The notes under the pieces were generated by a model. The model was not told the DNA's origin. It saw only the letters and a list, made by a program, of their open reading frames with translations, and searched no databases. The position numbers and the translations under genes are program-made. Below, in pieces: positions 60,143 to 64,000 of a stretch of 64,000 bases of DNA (the stretch's first letter is position 1; the number at the start of each line of letters is the position of its first letter). The stretch lies in the IMG/VR virus record IMGVR_UViG_3300020577_007160, positions 96,001 through 160,000 of that record. One strand, written 5' to 3'. This DNA comes from a virus. Taxonomy: Duplodnaviria; Caudoviricetes.

Positions 60143-60838
60143 TCATATCGCTATATTTGAATAAGAATCTGAACTGAAATTTTTATAATCTTTATACAAA
60201 GGTTCAAAAATATCAATTAAAATCCTATTAAAATTACTCACGTAATATCCACCTTTATCATATTGATAAAGTTTTCCTTCAGGCATAGCAATCTTTAGTC
60301 TTCTTATTTCGAGTTCAGAATTGTAGGGACTAATTTTGTCATCCCTATTGATGACAATTTTAATAAATTCTGGATTAGCATGGCGCAAGGAACTGAGTGA
60401 GTCTTCGAACGATTTGAATATCTTCAATGAGTTTTCCTGAAATTTAGAAAACCCAAAATTTGGAGTTCCAACTCTTTCACCAATGTACTTTGAGAGTTGA
60501 ACACTAGGATTATAGCAAGGATTAATTAAGAGTGCTGGAGAGGAATATAATTTAGAAAAGTAATAAGCAAAGAATGAGCCAAGAGAAGTACCGATGAAAA
60601 TAAATTTTGAATTCCGATGACGATAAAATTTATCAAATCTCTCGTAAGAAAGGGAATGCTTTATTAATTGAATAGACTCTTCCAAATTATTATAATAATC
60701 TATTTCAATAGGATAAATATTATCTCGGATATCAATGAACGGCGCATTTTTTAAAAGATCGATCTTATTGAAAGAACTTGAAAAAACACCTTCAAACTGA
60801 AGACCATTAAAATAAATTATATCCATAAGTATCATCAA
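60143..60838 (-). CDS. YqiA/YcfP-like alpha/beta hydrolase paralog (His position replaced)
   Basis: GTSLG; GGY where paralog has GGH; 116-bp identity with 57484..58134. Confidence 0.75.
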   Translation of the reverse strand: MMILMDIIYFNGLQFEGVFSSSFNKIDLLKNAPFIDIRDNIYPIEIDYYNNLEESIQLIKHSLSYERFDKFYRHRNSKFIFIGTSLGSFFAYYFSKLYSSPALLINPCYNPSVQLSKYIGERVGTPNFGFSKFQENSLKIFKSFEDSLSSLRHANPEFIKIVINRDDKISPYNSELEIRRLKIAMPEGKLYQYDKGGYYVSNFNRILIDIFEPLYKDYKNFSSDSYSNIAI

Positions 60839-60844
60839 AGAAAA

Positions 60845-61075
60845 CTAAGATCGTAAACTTCCCTTCAATTTTTCATATTCAGAACTAGAGTAAGAAAGAT
60901 TATTGATAATATAACTAATAAGTGTCTGAAGAATCAAAACAACAATTATAAATAAAGAACCAAATAAAACTGTATTAAGAAAAGTCATTGTGCTGCTGAA
61001 ATACAATAACAAAAGTCCAGAGAAACAAAACAAATATCTATGGAAACTTCTTTTCAGATTTAAAAGGGAAGTCAT
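60845..61075 (-). CDS. Small membrane protein
   Basis: Two hydrophobic segments. Confidence 0.5.
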   Translation of the reverse strand: MTSLLNLKRSFHRYLFCFSGLLLLYFSSTMTFLNTVLFGSLFIIVVLILQTLISYIINNLSYSSSEYEKLKGSLRS

Positions 61076-61806
61076 TGTTCTATTGTAATTGTTCTAAAAG
61101 GTTCTGTTGTAAAACTTTCTTCCTGAGAAATTAGTATTTCTAATACTTCTTTCTTTTTTTGCAGGCAATCGAGGAAAACAATATTGTCTTCGATTAATAT
61201 TTCTGGAACTCCTGAATGACCAACAATCTGAATACAATCTGGAATACTATCAGATCTCAGGGATTCAGGGCGAACCCACAAAGGTGATTGGTAAATACTA
61301 TTACCATACATATCACCTGTGTTTTGAAACTCAAATTTTTTGAAGGAATCTAAAAATGAAGAATTTATATCTTTAATTTTTAATCGGGAATTTGCCAACC
61401 ACGTCTTTGTTATACCAGCATGACTTACTATAAGATTTTTATACTGGAAAATAACTTGAAGTAAGTTCTGATCTACGCAAAGTTTTAATGTTCCTCCAGC
61501 CAAAATGGCAGTGTGGGGTGAGTATCCCGAATACCGTTGATTAACATAGGGCAAATAATGGTAATCATGATTACCCAATAATAAAATTATGTTCTCAGGA
61601 TTGTAAGATTTTTCTGATAATAAGTCATCAAAATTTCTTATTTGTTCCGGTGGTATATAAACAAAGGAATCAAAGTAATCCCCTACGAATACGTAGAGAG
61701 TACTTGAGAACTTATTTTCAAGTTTATCTTTCGATAATAATTTTTTCCAAACTGAATCCCCATGGATGTCCCCGATGACAACAATTCTTTTAATATCAGG
61801 ATTCAT
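61072..61806 (-). CDS. Calcineurin-like metallophosphoesterase
   Basis: GDIHG, GDYFD, GNHD, SHAG, GH motifs. Confidence 0.92.
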   Translation of the reverse strand: MNPDIKRIVVIGDIHGDSVWKKLLSKDKLENKFSSTLYVFVGDYFDSFVYIPPEQIRNFDDLLSEKSYNPENIILLLGNHDYHYLPYVNQRYSGYSPHTAILAGGTLKLCVDQNLLQVIFQYKNLIVSHAGITKTWLANSRLKIKDINSSFLDSFKKFEFQNTGDMYGNSIYQSPLWVRPESLRSDSIPDCIQIVGHSGVPEILIEDNIVFLDCLQKKKEVLEILISQEESFTTEPFRTITIEQ

Positions 61807-61840
61807 ATAGTATAATGTATTGAGATATAACGTGAAATTT

Positions 61841-62260
61841 TTATAAATTATTAAATGCCTTTATTCCTATATCACCTTCCAGATAATTAAGGATCTTAAT
61901 TCCTAATTCTCTGACCTTTTTTCCATATTCGAAAGAAGATTCATAGTTCAGAATCTCTGTATGACTCTCCGCATTAAAATCAAATGTTGAAAATAAAATA
62001 GTTTTATTTCTTGAAAATACTACCTGGCACATCCGTGAATGTTCCGACAAGTTCTCCGGCGAAGACCACTGAATAGTTAAATCCCCTGATTCTAGGAAAT
62101 ATATACCAGATGGCAATAAAAAATAGTCATGCATATTAAAAAACTGAATAGCACAGACAATAGAATCTAAGTTTGGATTAACTAATGGATTATTATCCTG
62201 GTATTCCTTATAGGAAGTAAGAAGAATCTGCGTAAATTCAGAAGAAAGGGTAGAAGTCAT
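61841..62260 (-). CDS. Hypothetical protein
   Basis: 139-aa ORF. Confidence 0.55.
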   Translation of the reverse strand: MTSTLSSEFTQILLTSYKEYQDNNPLVNPNLDSIVCAIQFFNMHDYFLLPSGIYFLESGDLTIQWSSPENLSEHSRMCQVVFSRNKTILFSTFDFNAESHTEILNYESSFEYGKKVRELGIKILNYLEGDIGIKAFNNL

Positions 62261-62263
62261 TGG

Positions 62264-62494
62264 TTACTTATCAGTAATGTAACATCCAGTATCAAAGATA
62301 ATCTCATTAGCGTCATGAATGGTATTTTCTGTGAGCTTGTAAACAACACAGGAATACTTTCTACCCCGATCAGAACAATGCTTACTCGCAATAGCCCTTG
62401 CTCTGCTCTCCTTGCGGGAAAAGGTAACAACATAACTATGGTCATTCTTATCACCATTTCGATGTGCGAGAATGACATAAATCTCAGATTTCAT
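62264..62494 (-). CDS. Hypothetical protein
   Basis: IYVILAHR.GD...HSYVV...RGRKY; coupled to upstream gene. Confidence 0.6.
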   Translation of the reverse strand: MKSEIYVILAHRNGDKNDHSYVVTFSRKESRARAIASKHCSDRGRKYSCVVYKLTENTIHDANEIIFDTGCYITDK

Positions 62495-62895
62495 TTTAGT
62501 ATTTCCACTTTTTGAAAAATTCTTTTAGAAATTTTTAAAAGCATTTCCTCTGTTAAAAACAAAGTATATTGATTCATGTTCCCATGAGTAGAACAGTTCA
62601 TTCTACCAAATGAATATTTTGATATCTTACCCTTGGAAAATCGAAGCATGCAAGATGCATGAACTCTCATATGTTGATAACTACTTGCAACTTTGGGCAT
62701 AATGCAAAAACATTCGATTTGTAATCCTTTATCATAATCTGTCTTTTTTAATTGAAAATCATTTTCACATTTTTTAATGGAATTTAAAACTATTGATTCA
62801 GTAAGTTTTCCAGATTCGAGTTTTCCATTAGATTCTTCTAAGGATTCCATAAATGCCAAATAATGTTCTTTGGTCTTAAAGAAATTTTCTAACAT
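62491..62895 (-). CDS. Hypothetical protein
   Basis: 134-aa ORF. Confidence 0.55.
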   Translation of the reverse strand: MLENFFKTKEHYLAFMESLEESNGKLESGKLTESIVLNSIKKCENDFQLKKTDYDKGLQIECFCIMPKVASSYQHMRVHASCMLRFSKGKISKYSFGRMNCSTHGNMNQYTLFLTEEMLLKISKRIFQKVEILK

Positions 62896-62975
62896 AATAG
62901 TATTTTAAAATTAGTTTATTCAATTACACTACAAAGAACGGTTTTCTCAATTTAGGGATAGAGAACAAAACTATT

Positions 62976-63278
62976 TTATGTTAAATTCAATAAAGTATTA
63001 ACTAAAGAACATGCAATTTTACAGGCATGATTTTGAAATTCTGAGTACTCAACAGAAGACTCTGTTACAAGAATAGAATGCATGTCAGTATATGAAACAC
63101 TAAATACCCCTGAGTTTTCTTTACAATTTTTCTCAAGATCCCTAGCAAGATTTAAGATTGATTCTTCTGTTGTTCTTATGGGGTGAAATAAAATCTTATT
63201 TTTTGTCCCATAATTTTTACGAAATAATAAAAGAGTTGGATAAAGAATTTGAGCAATTTCTTGAAAATTATATTTCAT
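62976..63278 (-). CDS. Hypothetical protein
   Basis: 100-aa ORF. Confidence 0.5.
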   Translation of the reverse strand: MKYNFQEIAQILYPTLLLFRKNYGTKNKILFHPIRTTEESILNLARDLEKNCKENSGVFSVSYTDMHSILVTESSVEYSEFQNHACKIACSLVNTLLNLT

Positions 63279-63486
63279 GTTCAGAAGTAGTTATATTGGA
63301 AACAAAGGAATTGAATCGGGATTCAAGCGTATTTACAATCTCAACAAGTTCATTAATTTTCTTTATCAAGATCATTATATTTGCTGGAGTAGCATCGGGG
63401 ATTTGGGTTTGGTCGTAACCTTCCCATTTCATAGAGGTGTCGGGGAAACTTCCCCAATAAAGTGTTTGTATTGAATTTTCTTCCAT
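63268..63486 (-). CDS. Hypothetical protein
   Basis: 72-aa ORF. Confidence 0.5.
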   Translation of the reverse strand: MEENSIQTLYWGSFPDTSMKWEGYDQTQIPDATPANIMILIKKINELVEIVNTLESRFNSFVSNITTSEHEI

Positions 63487-63517
63487 AATTTAAATTAATA
63501 AATATATTTGAAAATAG

Positions 63518-63699
63518 TGGTGGAAAACAGAATCGAACTGTTTATATTTTGTCCCAAATTTCAACAGCTTTTCATCGTTAAGTGCCTCATCGAGGCCAAT
63601 AGTACTCTTGTCCTCAGTTCAACTGCTTAATGCATTTAGCGTAAATCGTGTTGCAACATTACGCACAACCTATTTGGGATACGTCGTCCAGACTCCACC
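63518..63699 (-). ncRNA. tRNA-like / miniature tmRNA-like RNA (~182 nt)
   Basis: Acceptor GGTGGAG/TTCCACC+A, T-arm AACAG-TTCGATT-CTGTT, stemless D-loop TCTGGACGAC, long-range helix TCCCAAAT/ATTTGGGA. Confidence 0.6.
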
Positions 63700-63712
63700 A
63701 ATTATAAATCAT

Positions 63713-63964
63713 CTATGCAAGTTGTTTACTTCTATATTTTCTTTTTGTAATTTCAGAATCTAAGGATTCTTTAGGAAATACAAAATCAGAATCTATAGGA
63801 AGAGAATATGATTTTGAAATATTAATCTTTCCTTTCCCAACTTTCCCCCCTTGAAAACAGAGAAGAAATACTTCCCCATAATCATCGGATTCGACTTCAA
63901 TACTAATATAGATAGTAGGATGTTCTTTCGTATAGTCACAAAATTGATCTATTACTCGATTCAA
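63713..63964 (-). CDS. Hypothetical protein (may extend beyond window)
   Basis: 83-aa ORF at window edge. Confidence 0.5.
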   Translation of the reverse strand: MNRVIDQFCDYTKEHPTIYISIEVESDDYGEVFLLCFQGGKVGKGKINISKSYSLPIDSDFVFPKESLDSEITKRKYRSKQLA

Positions 63965-64000
63965 TTCCTTTGTAACTTGTTTACCTTCATTGGAAAGACT

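Noticed and set aside
769-63474. Plus-strand ORFs in the track (e.g. 769..1050, 11204..11734, 16940..17245, 18374..18817)
   Set aside because: Antisense shadows of well-supported minus-strand genes, with no recognisable motifs.

Overview
AT-rich segment of a large tailed dsDNA phage with a contractile tail and a T4-like head module. Essentially all genes lie on the minus strand. In transcription order (right to left): ~64-48.5 kb holds accessory genes (small hypotheticals, a tRNA/tmRNA-like RNA, metallophosphoesterase, two alpha/beta-hydrolase paralogs, rIIA/rIIB, 2H-phosphoesterase, DEDDh exonuclease, SSB, a degenerate histidine-kinase-like protein). The morphogenesis cluster follows: terminase, gp20-like portal, putative core proteins, GIY-YIG homing endonuclease, gp21-like protease fused to a coiled-coil scaffold, gp23-like capsid, neck, RecU-like resolvase, sheath, fibres, tube, chaperone with a -1 slippery site, tape measure with CHAP domain, and baseplate. 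Main unexplained system: about 17 genes, nearly all wedged between core structural genes, share a short N-terminal leader (R-[IL]-x-x-L-E, usually followed by a hydrophobic-x-E site) in front of mostly unrelated bodies. The head protease N-terminus carries the same motif. This suggests a modular capsid-loading signal for interchangeable cargo. Cargo includes an ADP-ribosyltransferase-like protein, four mosaic LRR-like paralogs (6, 2, 4 and 8 repeats), and two genes whose leader is interrupted by an identical AAA-(CT)5-GA frameshift cassette. All product calls come from motif recognition and synteny; no database searches were run.
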